A stretch of DNA of 64,000 nt. It comes from Candidatus Eiseniibacteriota bacterium (GTDB lineage: Bacteria > Eisenbacteria > RBG-16-71-46 > CAVPCR01). Below are positions 1 to 10,807 of the stretch, piece after piece. The position numbers and the translations under genes were made by a program. The first letter of the stretch is position 1. Every line of letters starts with the position of its first letter. The notes under the pieces are model-generated. The model saw only the letters and a program-made list of their open reading frames with translations, did no database searches and was not told the origin of the DNA. Location of the stretch: NCBI GenBank assembly GCA_963702435.1, contig CAVPCR010000004.1, forward strand, positions 224,001-288,000, in the 5' to 3' direction.

Positions 1-1440
1 GGGCGCGATGTCCCAGGTGCGCAGCGTCATCACCTCGCTGCCGGAGCCGGCCGCGGTGCGGCGCGTGATCCCGGTCGCCGAGTCGACGAGCGCCACGTAG
101 CACTGCCCCGACACCGGGCCGCCGACCCAGAGCCGCATGTCGGCGCCGCGCGAGGTGAACGGTCGCGAGCGGAGGACTCCCGTATAGGCTTCGTTGGGAC
201 CGCAAGTGTGACAGCCCTGGTCGTAGGGCCCGTTGTCGTTCTCGGCGGTGTTCACCCAGAAGAGCCCGTCCATGTTGGAGGCGGGGCCGCCGCGGAGCTG
301 CGGCCGGTCGCGGAAGGTGGGCAGGGCACCGAACGCCCCCTCGACCACCGACCAGTTCAGGTAGAACTGGTTGAAGGGAAGGAACTGCGGGCCGCCGGGC
401 GTCCAGGTCAGGCTGTCGAGGATCACCGCATAGGTCTCGAGGCCGTTCTGCGTGTCGAAGTCGACGGCGCGGCTGTAGAGGTACTCGGTGCCGATCGGGC
501 TGATCTCGCTCGAGATGGCGGTGGGATCGAAGACCGAGGCGTTGGCCAGGTTGTAGCTGTCCATCTGGGTCGAGGCGACCACGTGCACGCCGCCGGGAGC
601 GATCGTTCGCGTGTAGAAGAGGGACCACAATCCGCTCACGGGGTTGCGGAACATGTGGCTCGATGCCAGCAGGCTCGAGTGATCGTTGATCAGGATCGGG
701 CGGCCGAGGTCGGTCCAGTTGAGCCCGTCGGACGACGTCGCCATGGCGATCGCGCCGCGGGTGTCGAGGCCCTGGTAGCCGACGCGAGTGCTGGCGCTCG
801 CCAGCATCACGAACTGGTTCCCGTTCTTGAAAATGAACGGGTCGCGGCAGTTCTGCCAGGTGGAGCTGGGATTCCACGCCGCCCACTGGGTGTCCGGGCG
901 ATAGGCGCCGTCGGTGATCGAGAGGTCGGTCCAGGCGAAGAGGTCGTTCGAGACCGCGAGTCCGATCTGCTGGTTGCGGGACGAATCCACGCCCGTGTAT
1001 GCCATCAGGTACTGCCAGGTCTGCGAGTTGGCCACGATCGTGGTCGCCAGGACCTGCGGCGCCCAGACGTTCCGCGCTTTCCACTGATTGGGCGGATCGA
1101 TGGGCAGGATGCGCGGCTGGATGGTCCAGTGCAGGAGATCGGTGGACGTGGCGTGGCCGATGTCGATCTCGTTCCCGGGGGAGTTCCATCCCTGGCCGGC
1201 CAGACCGACGGAATAGAAGACGTGATAGACGCCGTCGGTGTGCCGGACCAGCGAGTGGTCCTTGGCGTAGAGGTCGGGCGCCTCGGCGAAGACGCGCATT
1301 TCGAAGTCTTCCTTGAACGCGGCGGCCGCCGGGCGTGGCAGCCCGATCACGACGCCGAGGGCGCAGAGGGGGAGTAGAGCGGCCAGTGTCCGTCCGAGGT
1401 ATGGAAGACCTACAGTGCGAGCGGGACGCGCGTGGCGCAT
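1..1440 (-). CDS. Secreted five-bladed beta-propeller glycoside hydrolase-like protein (GH32/GH43 clan), 3' end runs off the window
   Basis: Own translation from ATG at 1440: signal peptide, then KDHSLV..YHVFY, IGHATSTDLLHW, VWAPQV, QQIGLAVSNDLFAW, CRDPFIF motifs. Confidence 0.75.
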   Translation of the reverse strand, partial: MRHARPARTVGLPYLGRTLAALLPLCALGVVIGLPRPAAAAFKEDFEMRVFAEAPDLYAKDHSLVRHTDGVYHVFYSVGLAGQGWNSPGNEIDIGHATSTDLLHWTIQPRILPIDPPNQWKARNVWAPQVLATTIVANSQTWQYLMAYTGVDSSRNQQIGLAVSNDLFAWTDLSITDGAYRPDTQWAAWNPSSTWQNCRDPFIFKNGNQFVMLASASTRVGYQGLDTRGAIAMATSSDGLNWTDLGRPILINDHSSLLASSHMFRNPVSGLWSLFYTRTIAPGGVHVVASTQMDSYNLANASVFDPTAISSEISPIGTEYLYSRAVDFDTQNGLETYAVILDSLTWTPGGPQFLPFNQFYLNWSVVEGAFGALPTFRDRPQLRGGPASNMDGLFWVNTAENDNGPYDQGCHTCGPNEAYTGVLRSRPFTSRGADMRLWVGGPVSGQCYVALVDSATGITRRTAAGSGSEVMTLRTWDIAP

Positions 1441-1871
1441 GGATTTGCTTCCCCTAGAGTGTTACCTCCCCGGGTACCGGGGAGTGCTGTGGCGGCCGGC
1501 GCTCTGACAGGTGGGGGGTCGAGCGCTGAAGTTTTCGATCTTGCTTCTGTTTGCCTGGGACCGGGGCCCGGTGCGGGCGGTCTGGCCTCGCGCCGGCGGT
1601 CGCTGATCGGGGTTCGGTATGGTCTTCACGGGAGGGACCGGCGCCGCAGAGCGCCCCCGTTGGTGAATACAAGTCTAGGGGAGGGGGCCGACCACGTCAA
1701 GACGGGCCGGGGGAAGCCGGGCGCAAAGGGTCAACTGGCGCAGGCCGAATGGCTCGATCTGCACCAGCCGGGGGCCCGCGGCGCCGTCTCCCGTCACCCG
1801 GCCGGCACCGTCCGTTGGGGAATTCAACACGCCGGCGGTGGCCCAGTCGACGGCCGACCCCGGACCCGGCG

Positions 1872-3077
1872 CTAGGCCGGCAGCCGGCCGGAGCCGCCGG
1901 GGTGCCAGAGCGGGCAGGGCGGGACCTCGGCGCCCGGGCTCGCCGCCTTCCCGCCGGCCATGAGGCAATCGGAAGGGTCGCAGCAGGTCAGGCAGACCCG
2001 CTTCATGGCCCCGAAGCCGCGGAGCTCGACCTCCGGAGAGAGGAACCCCGCGCGCACCGGCTCCGCGCCGAGGAGATCGGTGCTCAGGTACTTCTTGTTG
2101 TCATCGGGGAAGACCGTGACCACGACCGAGTCCGCTCCGAGCTCCTCCGCGAGCGCGAGCGCGCCGAGAAAGTTCGCCCCCGACGAGATGCCGACGCCGA
2201 TCCCGAGCTCGCCGGCGAGCTTCTGCGCCATGAGGATCGCGTCGCCGTCATCCACGTCGATCACCGCGTCGAGAAATTCGAGATCCACGATCGGCGGGAT
2301 GAACTCGTCGGACACGCCCTGGATGCGGTGTTTCCCGACCTTGCAGCCGGTCGAGAGGGTCGGCGAGTTCGCGGGTTCGAGCGGATGCACGCGCACCGCC
2401 GGCTTCATGCGGCGGAGGAAGTGCCCGACGCCCATCACCGTGCCGCCGGTGCCGACGCCCGCGATGAAGGCGTCGGGCTCGAGCCCGTGGTAGCGGAGCT
2501 GCCACCAGATCTCGGGGCCGGTGGTCTCCGCGTGCGCGGCTACATTGTCCGCGTTCGAGAACTGGCGAGGCAGGAACACGCGGGGCGTCGAGGCGGCGAA
2601 GGTCTCGGCGAGCTCGATGGCGCCGAGGAAGCCGCCCTCGTCGCGGCTCACGAGCCGGATCTCGGCGCCGAGGCTCTTGATCAGGTCCATCCGCTCGCGG
2701 CTCATCCAGTCGGGCATGAAGATCCTGACCCGGTGGCCCATGGCCCGGCCGATCGCGGCGATCGAGATGCCGGTGTTGCCGCTCGTCGCCTCGGCGATCG
2801 TGTCGCCCGGGGCGAGGAGGGCGCGCTCGTAGGCCCCGGTGATGATGTGGAGCGCCATCCGGTCCTTGATGCTCCCGGTCAGGTTCAGGTTCTCGGCCTT
2901 GGCGTAGATCGTGCGCTTCCTTCCGCGGAAGAAGCAGTCGATGGCGAGGACAGCGGTGTTGCCGACCATGTGCCGGAGACCGCGGATCCGGTGCTGGATC
3001 TCCGGATCGGCGCTCGGCGCCGCGCGTGGCGTGAGGGGCGTCGTGAGCGGATGGATCTCGCTGTCGGTCATGGCCAT
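1872..3077 (-). CDS. cysK: PLP-dependent cysteine synthase family protein
   Basis: [14 protein letters not shown] (PLP lysine), [27 protein letters not shown] motifs; Cys-rich C-terminal tail. Confidence 0.85.
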   Translation of the reverse strand: MAMTDSEIHPLTTPLTPRAAPSADPEIQHRIRGLRHMVGNTAVLAIDCFFRGRKRTIYAKAENLNLTGSIKDRMALHIITGAYERALLAPGDTIAEATSGNTGISIAAIGRAMGHRVRIFMPDWMSRERMDLIKSLGAEIRLVSRDEGGFLGAIELAETFAASTPRVFLPRQFSNADNVAAHAETTGPEIWWQLRYHGLEPDAFIAGVGTGGTVMGVGHFLRRMKPAVRVHPLEPANSPTLSTGCKVGKHRIQGVSDEFIPPIVDLEFLDAVIDVDDGDAILMAQKLAGELGIGVGISSGANFLGALALAEELGADSVVVTVFPDDNKKYLSTDLLGAEPVRAGFLSPEVELRGFGAMKRVCLTCCDPSDCLMAGGKAASPGAEVPPCPLWHPGGSGRLPA

Positions 3078-3099
3078 GAGGATACCACCGGGCGCGTCT

Positions 3100-3753
3100 T
3101 CATACGAAGAGGTCGCGGAGCTCGCCGAAGCCGTGGATCAGGTGATCGGGGCGGGCGGCGGCGAGTGTCGCGGCGCTCGTGAAGCCATAGGTCACGGCGC
3201 AGGTGCGCACGCCGGCCCGGCGGCCGGCCTCGATGTCGGTCACGCCGTCGCCGACGAGGACGGCGCGCGCGGGCAGGACTGCGAGTCGCTCGAGAGCGAG
3301 GAGGACCGGGCCGGGGTCGGGCTTGAGCGGCGCGCCGGGGGGGAGCGAGCCGCCGCCGATCACGACGCCGATCAGGTCGCCGAGGCCGATCCCCGCGATG
3401 ATCTGCGCGGAGAAGTCCGCGGGCTTGTTCGAGACGACGGCGAGGCGCTTGGCGCGGAAGAGATCGAGTGTCGCGCGCACGTCCGGATAGAGCGTCGTCG
3501 CGTCGAGGCAGTGGGCGCTGTAGTGGGCGCGGAAGGCAGCGGTTCCGGCGGCGAGGAGGGTCGGGTCCTCGCTCTCGAACGAGCGGGCCATGAGCTTCGT
3601 CACCCCGTCCCCGATGTAGGTCGTGATGAGCGCCGGCGGCTTGACGGGGCGGCCGAGCGCCGTGAGCGCCGCGTTCACCGCCGCCGCGAGATCGAGGCGC
3701 GAGTCGATGAGCGTGCCGTCGAGATCGAAGAGGAGGGCGTTGACTGCGATCAC
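3100..3753 (-). CDS. HAD-superfamily hydrolase, phosphoglycolate phosphatase-like
   Basis: [10 protein letters not shown] motif I, VVSNK, KPDP, VGDGVTD motifs. Confidence 0.85.
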   Translation of the reverse strand: MIAVNALLFDLDGTLIDSRLDLAAAVNAALTALGRPVKPPALITTYIGDGVTKLMARSFESEDPTLLAAGTAAFRAHYSAHCLDATTLYPDVRATLDLFRAKRLAVVSNKPADFSAQIIAGIGLGDLIGVVIGGGSLPPGAPLKPDPGPVLLALERLAVLPARAVLVGDGVTDIEAGRRAGVRTCAVTYGFTSAATLAAARPDHLIHGFGELRDLFV

Positions 3754-3878
3754 GCACGGAGGCTAGCGGCCGCGGCTGCGCGGGTCAACGCGCCGTCTTC
3801 CGCCGCGCCGCCTCGCCCCGCACTGCCTCCCGCCGCGCCGCCTTGTCACGCTCCCCCTGTCGCGGGTACGGTCGGGCC

Positions 3879-4901
3879 ATGACCGCGCGCGATGAGCGAT
3901 TCAGGGCGGGGCTCCTCCTCGGCGGACTCGTGATCGCACTGTGGGCGCACGCGGCAGTGCTGGGCGCCGGCGGCGCCGGGATCGCAGCCGCACCGGGCGG
4001 GACGGGATTGGGCCCCGAGGGGACGGCACTCGGCCCGGGTGCGGCGGCGTTCGCGGTCGGTGCCGGCGCGGGGGCGCTCGCCCTCCTTGGCCTCGCCTGC
4101 TTCGCGGCCGGGATCGACGGGTTCCGTGCGGCCGCCCTCGTCCCGGCGCTCCTCGCCGCGGCCTCGCCCGCCGTCGCGGCGAGCCTCGCCGCCGGCGGTC
4201 GTGCGCCGCTGGTCGCCGCGCTCTACGTGGCGGGCGCCTATCGCGCATTCGCCGAGACGCACGTGGCGGGGCGCCTGCCCGTCTCGGCGCTCCTCTTCGG
4301 GGCGGGTGCGGCGCTGGCGCCGGCAGGCCCGGCCGTGCTGGTCCTCGTTCTCATGCAGAAATTGGCATTCGCACGCAGATTTCAACTGGGGCGCGCCAGC
4401 TATGTCTTCGCCGGCGCCTGGATCGTGGTCGCGCTCGCCGCCTGGATTCTGCTGCGCGTCGCGATCGGCGGCGCTCCGGCCCCGCTTCCCGGTGCCCCGC
4501 TTCCCGGTACCCTGCCGGCCGGCGGCCTGCCGGCCGGTCCGGGACCGGTCCTCCTTCGCTTCTGGCACGAGGTGGACGGGCTCGCCCTCCTGCCCTTCCT
4601 GCTCTTCCTGCTCGCAGGATGGAAGTCGAAGGCGGTGATCTTCCGATTGTCGCTCGCCGGATCGGTGCTTGCCGCGGCGCTCGCCGACGCCGCTCTCGCG
4701 CCCGCCGCCGCGCTCCCGCGGTCGCTCGCGCCGGCGCTCCTCTTCGCCTTCCTCGTCGCGGCCGAGGCGCTCGCCGCCGCGGGCGCCGCCGTCGAGGCCG
4801 GCGGGCTCCGCGGCCGCGCCCGCACGGCGCTGTTCGCCGCGACGCTCGGCGCGCTCGCGCTCGGTCAGCTCTGGCCGACGCTCGGCACGCTCGCGCGCTG
4901 A
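3879..4901 (+). CDS. Multi-pass membrane protein, function unknown
   Basis: ORF with many hydrophobic segments and GC3-rich codons. Confidence 0.6.
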   Translation: MTARDERFRAGLLLGGLVIALWAHAAVLGAGGAGIAAAPGGTGLGPEGTALGPGAAAFAVGAGAGALALLGLACFAAGIDGFRAAALVPALLAAASPAVAASLAAGGRAPLVAALYVAGAYRAFAETHVAGRLPVSALLFGAGAALAPAGPAVLVLVLMQKLAFARRFQLGRASYVFAGAWIVVALAAWILLRVAIGGAPAPLPGAPLPGTLPAGGLPAGPGPVLLRFWHEVDGLALLPFLLFLLAGWKSKAVIFRLSLAGSVLAAALADAALAPAAALPRSLAPALLFAFLVAAEALAAAGAAVEAGGLRGRARTALFAATLGALALGQLWPTLGTLAR

Positions 4902-4911
4902 CCGCGCGCGG

Positions 4912-5871
4912 TCACCAGTAGGTGCGGCGCGTGTGCGTGCGCAGGAGGAGCGCTCGCCCGTCCGTTGCCGAGAGGCGGACGAGGAGGTTCGGGTAGGCGG
5001 CCGCGAACCAGAGCTCGGCGTCGGGTCCGGCGGGCCGATCGACCGCCACGCGCCACGTGTCGAGCGTGTCGCCGGCCGCCGTCGCGACCGGCTCGCGCCC
5101 GAGCACGCGCACGTCGGCGGTCTGCACCGCCGGGGGCTTCGCGAGCGGGCGGAGGACGAGCGGATCGAGGAGATCGAGCCGCCACGAGGCGCCGGCGGCG
5201 AAGGGCAGCGAGCGGAGGCTCACCGGGAGCTGCTCGTCGAGGAGGCCGGCACCGAGCCCCAGGCTCCACTCCCCGTCGCCCTGGCCGTCGAAGTACGAGT
5301 GGTAATGGAGCCGCGGCCCGGGCGCCCACCCCATGTACTCGAGGAAGGTGTTGCCGCACCACTCGTGCATCCCGACAGTCATCTTGTGGGCGCGATCGAC
5401 CCGATCGCGGCGCACGAAGACGGTCGTGAGCAGGTGATAGTCGTAATTCTCGGTCGGCATCACCTCGGCCACGTTCAGCTTGAGGACGGGGAGGATCTCC
5501 CTGCCTTCGTACGGCGGGTCGGCCTTCACGTGCAAGGCGGCGTCCATGTCCTCCTTGACCGTGATGAGATGGGCCGTGTAGAGGCGCTCCTTGCCGTAAC
5601 GTTCGCGCCGCGCATCGTAGGTGGCGACCTCGGCCAGCCCGTCGTCCCACATGGGGTCGGCGGCCCAGGTCGTCACCTCCGCCCACGCGGGCGGGGCGGC
5701 GGCGCCGGGGCTCTCATCGGCGCCGGGGCTCTCATCGGCGCGCCGGCCGCAACCGAACGGGCCCGTCAGCACGGCGGCCGCCGCGACGCAGAGAAGGCCG
5801 GCCGCCAGGCGTGTGCTAACGTGGACCTTTGCATCTCGCGCCCGGCGCGCATCTCCGCGAGCAGCGTTCAT
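4912..5871 (-). CDS. Hypothetical lipoprotein-like protein (start uncertain)
   Basis: Hydrophobic leader ending in FGC, then a globular domain (WDDGLAEVATY..EWCG..YHSYFD). Confidence 0.65.
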   Translation of the reverse strand: MNAARGDARRARDAKVHVSTRLAAGLLCVAAAAVLTGPFGCGRRADESPGADESPGAAAPPAWAEVTTWAADPMWDDGLAEVATYDARRERYGKERLYTAHLITVKEDMDAALHVKADPPYEGREILPVLKLNVAEVMPTENYDYHLLTTVFVRRDRVDRAHKMTVGMHEWCGNTFLEYMGWAPGPRLHYHSYFDGQGDGEWSLGLGAGLLDEQLPVSLRSLPFAAGASWRLDLLDPLVLRPLAKPPAVQTADVRVLGREPVATAAGDTLDTWRVAVDRPAGPDAELWFAAAYPNLLVRLSATDGRALLLRTHTRRTYW

Positions 5872-6574
5872 GATCGAAGACCATATCATCATCGACGGCT
5901 ACAACGTCATCTTCCGCGATCAGGTGCTGCGCGACCTCGGGCGCAACGACCTCGAACGCGCGCGCGGCGAGCTCCTCCGCCGGCTGGCCGAGGCCTTTCC
6001 CGGGCATGCGCCGCTTCTCATCGTCGTCTTCGACGGCGCGCGCGGAGCGGAGCCGGCCGGCGTGCGGGCGCGTATCGGCCGCGTCCGCATTGTCTTCTCG
6101 CGGCCGCCGGAGAGCGCCGACGAACGCATCCATCGCCTGATCGAGGAAGCCCGACGCGTGTCCTCGGGGCGGCGCCAGCTCGAGTTCCGGGTGGTGAGCT
6201 CGGACCGCGAGGTGGCGGGCCGCGCGCGGTTGTGGGGAGCGCGGTCCGTGGGGATCGAGGAGTTCCTCCGCGACGTCGAGGAACGGCGCCGCGTGGCGGC
6301 ACAGAGCCGGGCTGCGGCCGAGAGCCGCGCCCTGGCCCGGCTCGCGGATCCGCGCCCCGAGCCGCGGCGAGAGCGTCCGGATCGCGGCGAGAGCGGGGAC
6401 CGCCGCGAGCGCGGCGATCGCCCACCCGGCGACACGGCAGGCGGGGTCGCCGACGAGCGCAAGCCGGAGCTCCATGCTCCCGGCGAGATCGATGCGTGGG
6501 AGAAGCTCTTCCGGATGGGCCGGAAGCGTGCGGCGGATGACGGCAAGGACGACGAGGATGACGGTCCGCCCTAG
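5870..6574 (+). CDS. NYN/YacP-like PIN-domain ribonuclease
   Basis: IIIDGYNVI, VVFDG, SADERI, VVSSDREV motifs. Confidence 0.85.
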   Translation: MIEDHIIIDGYNVIFRDQVLRDLGRNDLERARGELLRRLAEAFPGHAPLLIVVFDGARGAEPAGVRARIGRVRIVFSRPPESADERIHRLIEEARRVSSGRRQLEFRVVSSDREVAGRARLWGARSVGIEEFLRDVEERRRVAAQSRAAAESRALARLADPRPEPRRERPDRGESGDRRERGDRPPGDTAGGVADERKPELHAPGEIDAWEKLFRMGRKRAADDGKDDEDDGPP

Positions 6575-6952
6575 CTACTCGTCGTCGTCCTCAGGGTCAG
6601 CGGGCTTTTTGAAGAGGGCTTCCAGCTTGGCGCGCGCTTCGCTCGCGCGGGCGTCGCTCGTGCGGGCATCGGGAGGCGCCTGCCCGGTCCGACTGCGGGA
6701 TTCGCTGCGGCCGGCGTCCCGGCGGCCCGCCGCCGGACCGCCCACCAGCTCGAAGAACTCGCAGAAATTGGCCTTCTGGCGATCCTGCACGAACTCGGCC
6801 TCGGGCTCGAGGCACTGGTTGTGCAGGGTGGGCTCGTGGAAGCGGCACTGGACGCAGGCGTGGAGGTAGGCTTCGCAGCGCGGGCAGCGCGTGTTCCGCA
6901 TGACGCGGAAGTCGGCCGCCAGCTCGGCATCGCAGAAGACGCAGTAGGGCAT
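6575..6952 (-). CDS. Small Cys-rich metal-binding protein
   Basis: Three CxxC motifs plus NQC and ANFCEFF; GGAGG RBS upstream. Confidence 0.75.
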   Translation of the reverse strand: MPYCVFCDAELAADFRVMRNTRCPRCEAYLHACVQCRFHEPTLHNQCLEPEAEFVQDRQKANFCEFFELVGGPAAGRRDAGRSESRSRTGQAPPDARTSDARASEARAKLEALFKKPADPEDDDE

Positions 6953-7199
6953 CGTCCTCTCCCTCCGAGCGGCCATCCCCCAGCCTGGGTGCGCCCGCCA
7001 GGTGCCGGAGATGCACGCGGGCACACCACTCCACCACACCGAGGATCGCAGCCGGCGCGCCGCCTGTCAAATCCCCGGCCTCCCGGCCGGCCGGGGCGGA
7101 TCCGACCGGGGTCGCACGGCCCCCGGAAATGGTTTAGCCTCCGGCGCAGGATCGCGTTCCGGCGGTCCGGTCATCGCCGTTCCGGATCAGCTCCATCCC

Positions 7200-8327
7200 A
7201 TGACCGACCAAGAGCTCACACTCGAGACCCGTGCTGAGGGCGACGCCCTGGTGGTCGAGCTCGGTGGATCGCTCGACACCCGGACCTCGCCCACCCTCTC
7301 CCGCGAGCTCGCGACACTCGCCGGGGATGGCGCGCGCGGGCGCCGCCTCATCCTCGATCTCGCCGGGCTCTCCTACGTCGACTCGGCCGGGGTCGCCGTC
7401 ATCCTCGACGCCCGCGATCGCCTGGCGCGCGAAGGGACGGAGCTCCATCTGCGCCGCGCCTCCGAGCGCGTGCGCAAGGTGTTCGCGCTCGCCCTGGCCC
7501 GGGCCGACGAGCTCGTGCCCGAAGCGCCGGCCCAGTTCTGGGATCCGGTCGGGGCCGCCGGCGAGGCCGCGTTGCGCCTCAAGGAACAGGGCCGAGACAC
7601 GGCTGTTCAGGTCGGCGAGGTGGCCCACGCGCTCCTCGTGGCGCCGTTCCGGGGTCATCCGATCCGCTTCGCCGACTCCGTGCAGCAACTCCTTCTCATC
7701 GGCGTCAATGCGGTGCCGATCGTGAGCCTGATCGCGCTCCTCATGGGCCTCATCCTCGGCATGCAGTCGGCGCACCAGCTCCGCCAGTTCGGCGCGACGC
7801 TCTTCATCGCCGACCTGGTCGGGGTCGCCACGACGCGCGAGCTCGGCCCGCTCATCACCGCCATCGTCGTCGCCGGGCGCTCCGGCTCGGCGATCGCGGC
7901 CGAGATCGGCACCATGGTCGTCACCGAGGAGATCGATGCGCTGCGCACCATGGGCCTCCAGCCGACCCGCTATCTCTTCGTGCCGCGGATCCTCGCCACG
8001 ACCCTCGCCGTGCCGCTTCTCGCGGTGATCGCCAACACCATCGCGATCCTCGGCGGATTGATGATCGGGGTCGTCCATCTCGGGATCGGCGCCCAGACCT
8101 ACTTCGATCGCACCGTGCAGGCCCTGGTCATGGACGACGTGGTGACCGGGCTCGCCAAGGCCACGGTGTTCGGCCTCATCATCGGGAACGTCGGCGTGTT
8201 CGAGGGCTACCACGTCCGCGGCGGCGCCGAAGGGGTCGGCCGCGCCACGACGCAGTCGGTGGTGAGCGCGATCTTCCTCATCATCGTCGCCGACGCGGTG
8301 TTCACGGCCATCTTCTACTTCGTGTGA
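7200..8327 (+). CDS. mlaE: MlaE-family ABC permease with N-terminal STAS domain
   Basis: LDLAGLSYVDSAG (STAS); RELGPLITAIVVAGRSGSAIAAEIGTM..EEIDAL (MlaE). Confidence 0.9.
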   Translation: MTDQELTLETRAEGDALVVELGGSLDTRTSPTLSRELATLAGDGARGRRLILDLAGLSYVDSAGVAVILDARDRLAREGTELHLRRASERVRKVFALALARADELVPEAPAQFWDPVGAAGEAALRLKEQGRDTAVQVGEVAHALLVAPFRGHPIRFADSVQQLLLIGVNAVPIVSLIALLMGLILGMQSAHQLRQFGATLFIADLVGVATTRELGPLITAIVVAGRSGSAIAAEIGTMVVTEEIDALRTMGLQPTRYLFVPRILATTLAVPLLAVIANTIAILGGLMIGVVHLGIGAQTYFDRTVQALVMDDVVTGLAKATVFGLIIGNVGVFEGYHVRGGAEGVGRATTQSVVSAIFLIIVADAVFTAIFYFV

Positions 8328-8360
8328 GCGCATGAGCGCGGGAGCGGGGACCAGGACGCA

Positions 8361-9158
8361 ATGAGCGGCGGGAACGGGGCACCGGTGATCGAGGTGAAGG
8401 ACCTCGTGAGCGGTTACGGGGACCGCCTCGTGCTGCACGGGGTCTCGCTCGCGGTCGCGCCCGCCGAGATCCACGTCGTCCTCGGGCCCTCGGGCTGCGG
8501 GAAGTCGACCCTGCTCAAGCACCTGGTCGGGCTGCTCGAGCCGACGAGCGGTTCGATCCGCCTCTTCGGCGACGAGATCGTCGGTCTCCAGGAGGACGAG
8601 CTCGCCCCGTTCCTCACCCGGATCGGCATGCTGTTCCAGGGCGGGGCGCTCATCCAGTCGCTGACCGTCCTCGAGAACGCGACGCTGCCGCTCCGCGAGC
8701 ACACCGCGCTCACCCCCGCCGAGATCGAGCGGGTGGCGCGGATGAAGCTCGCGACGGTCGGCCTCGCCGCCTATCACAATCTCCTGCCCGCCGAGCTGTC
8801 GGGGGGCATGCGGAAACGCGCGGCGCTGGCGCGTGCCCTGGCCCTCGATCCGGAGATCGTACTCTACGATGAGCCCAATGCCGGACTCGACCCGGTGACC
8901 GCCGCCGGCATCGATCAGCTCATACTCGATGTGCGCGACGCGCTGGGCATCACCATGGTCGTCGTCTCGCACGAGCTCATCTCGATCCGGCGGATCGCGG
9001 ATCGCATCACCATGCTGCAGGATGGTGTCGTGGTGGCCGCGGGCACCACGGCGGAGCTCGAACGGTCGCGAGATCCGCGCATCGCGAGCTTCTTCCAGGG
9101 TACATTGCCCCAGGATCCGGGTCGGGACCGCCGGCTCCGGGAGCTGTTCCTGGATTGA
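8361..9158 (+). CDS. mlaF: MlaF-family ABC ATP-binding protein
   Basis: GPSGCGKST, LSGGMRKR, YDEP. Confidence 0.9.
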   Translation: MSGGNGAPVIEVKDLVSGYGDRLVLHGVSLAVAPAEIHVVLGPSGCGKSTLLKHLVGLLEPTSGSIRLFGDEIVGLQEDELAPFLTRIGMLFQGGALIQSLTVLENATLPLREHTALTPAEIERVARMKLATVGLAAYHNLLPAELSGGMRKRAALARALALDPEIVLYDEPNAGLDPVTAAGIDQLILDVRDALGITMVVVSHELISIRRIADRITMLQDGVVVAAGTTAELERSRDPRIASFFQGTLPQDPGRDRRLRELFLD

Positions 9159-9185
9159 CGACGGCGGAGCGGAAAAGGACCTGAT

Positions 9186-10136
9186 ATGGCGCGTAGCCAG
9201 AACTGGAAAGTCGGCCTGTTCGTTCTCTCGGCGACGGTGCTCCTCGTGCTCACCATCCTGCTCATGATCGGGGTCGAGGTGAGCCGGCCGCGTGACCGCT
9301 ACAGGATCCGCTTCGACGAGTCGGTGAGCGGGCTCGAGGCGGGGAGCGCCGTGCGCTACCGCGGGGTGATGGTCGGGAATGTGGACAAGATCCTCATCCC
9401 CAAGGACGACATCACCAAGGTCGAGGTCCGGATCTCGGTCGAGAAGGACATGCCGATCAAGACCGACACCAGGGCGATGCTGAGCCGGGTGGGGATCACC
9501 GGGCTCCAGTTCATCGAGCTCATGGCCGGCACGGAGAAGACACCGCGCCTGCCGCCGGGGAGCTTCATCCCGTCGCAGCTCTCGGTCTTCGGCTCGCTCA
9601 CCGGGACCGCGCAGGGCGCCGCCGAGAAGCTCGATCTCCTTCTCGCCAACCTCCTCTACATCACCGATCGCGAGAAGGTGGACAAGCTGATCGGGGAGGT
9701 CACCACCATAATGCAGTCGGTGAAGGAGTCGACCGGGCAGGCGCAGGAGGTGCTGGCGGCGGCCACCCGGGCCTCCAATCGTGCCGACACGCTGGCCGGC
9801 AACCTGAACGGGCTCCTCGTCCGCAACGAGGAGCACCTCGACTCGCTGCTCGTGAATCTCGATACGACGACCGCGGCGCTCAACCGCACCTTCGCCGAGA
9901 TCGAGCGCACGCAACTCGTGGCCAACGCCGGGGCGACGAGCGCCGCAGTGCGCGACGTCGCCGAGGATCTCCGCGAGATCCTCGGTATCCACCGGCGGAC
10001 CATCGCGGAGACGCTCGTCAATCTGCGCGAGACCTCGGCCAACCTGAACGAGTTCTCGCGCACGGTCAGGAATCAGCCGTCGTTGCTCCTCCGGAGCTCG
10101 CCGGCCGAGACGCCCGCAATCCCGGGGGTGAAGTGA
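9186..10136 (+). CDS. mlaD: MlaD/MCE-domain protein with helical extension
   Basis: N-terminal TM helix, SVSGLEAGSAVRYRGVMVG MCE motif, coiled coil, NQPSLLL end. Confidence 0.85.
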   Translation: MARSQNWKVGLFVLSATVLLVLTILLMIGVEVSRPRDRYRIRFDESVSGLEAGSAVRYRGVMVGNVDKILIPKDDITKVEVRISVEKDMPIKTDTRAMLSRVGITGLQFIELMAGTEKTPRLPPGSFIPSQLSVFGSLTGTAQGAAEKLDLLLANLLYITDREKVDKLIGEVTTIMQSVKESTGQAQEVLAAATRASNRADTLAGNLNGLLVRNEEHLDSLLVNLDTTTAALNRTFAEIERTQLVANAGATSAAVRDVAEDLREILGIHRRTIAETLVNLRETSANLNEFSRTVRNQPSLLLRSSPAETPAIPGVK

Positions 10137-10807
10137 TGCGACGTGTGCGTGATCTCTCGGCGGTCCTGCTCGGGATCGGTCTCGGTCTCGGGCTCGCGAC
10201 GGCGCTCGGGCTCGGCGGTTGCGGCGGCTCGGTGCCGGCGGCGCGCTTCTACGTCCTCGACTACGAGGCGGCGCCGGCGGGGGACGCGGCGGCGGCCGGC
10301 GGCGCGGTGGCCGCGGCGAAACCGGCCGGCATCCGGGCGCCGCTCGTCCTCGGGATCGATGCGTTCACGACGTCGCCGCTCTACACCGATCGCCGCATCG
10401 CCTACCGCGCCTCGGCCCACGAGGTCGTCTACTACCCGAACCACTACTGGGCGGCGGCCCCCGGGGATCTCGTCGCCGATGCGATCGCGCAGCAGATCCG
10501 CCGCTCCGGCGCCGTCGAGACGGTCGCCGTTGCGCCCTTCGCGCGGACGCCCGACTGGCTCCTCTCCGGCGACCTCGTCACCTTCGAGGAGGTCGAGCGG
10601 GATGGGCGCGGGATCGCGCGCATCGTCCTCGTCGCGCGGATCGAAACTGTGGCCAGCGACAGCCTCCTCCGGGAGGAGGAGATCCGCGCCGAGCGGCCGG
10701 TGGCGAAGCGGAATCCGGAGGACGTGGCGGCGGCGATGAGCGCTGCGGTCGAGGAAGTCGGGGCGCGCGTGATCGCCCTCATCGGGGCGGAGGCGGCGAA
10801 GCGCTGA
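10133..10807 (+). CDS. PqiC-like ABC transport auxiliary lipoprotein
   Basis: Lipobox LGGC, RFYVL, WAAAPGDL; operon position after MCE gene. Confidence 0.8.
   Translation: MMRRVRDLSAVLLGIGLGLGLATALGLGGCGGSVPAARFYVLDYEAAPAGDAAAAGGAVAAAKPAGIRAPLVLGIDAFTTSPLYTDRRIAYRASAHEVVYYPNHYWAAAPGDLVADAIAQQIRRSGAVETVAVAPFARTPDWLLSGDLVTFEEVERDGRGIARIVLVARIETVASDSLLREEEIRAERPVAKRNPEDVAAAMSAAVEEVGARVIALIGAEAAKR

Noticed and set aside
208..1377. 389 aa plus-strand ORF
   Set aside because: Antisense shadow of the minus-strand glycoside hydrolase; no motifs
1441..1871. Riboswitch upstream of the glycoside hydrolase
   Set aside because: Only a 9 bp GC-rich inverted repeat (1498-1506/1647-1655); no recognisable aptamer
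7134..9992. 952 aa minus-strand ORF (and similar long ORFs at 36315-38270, 47845-49494, 60540-62129)
   Set aside because: Antisense shadows of well-supported genes, typical of high-GC DNA
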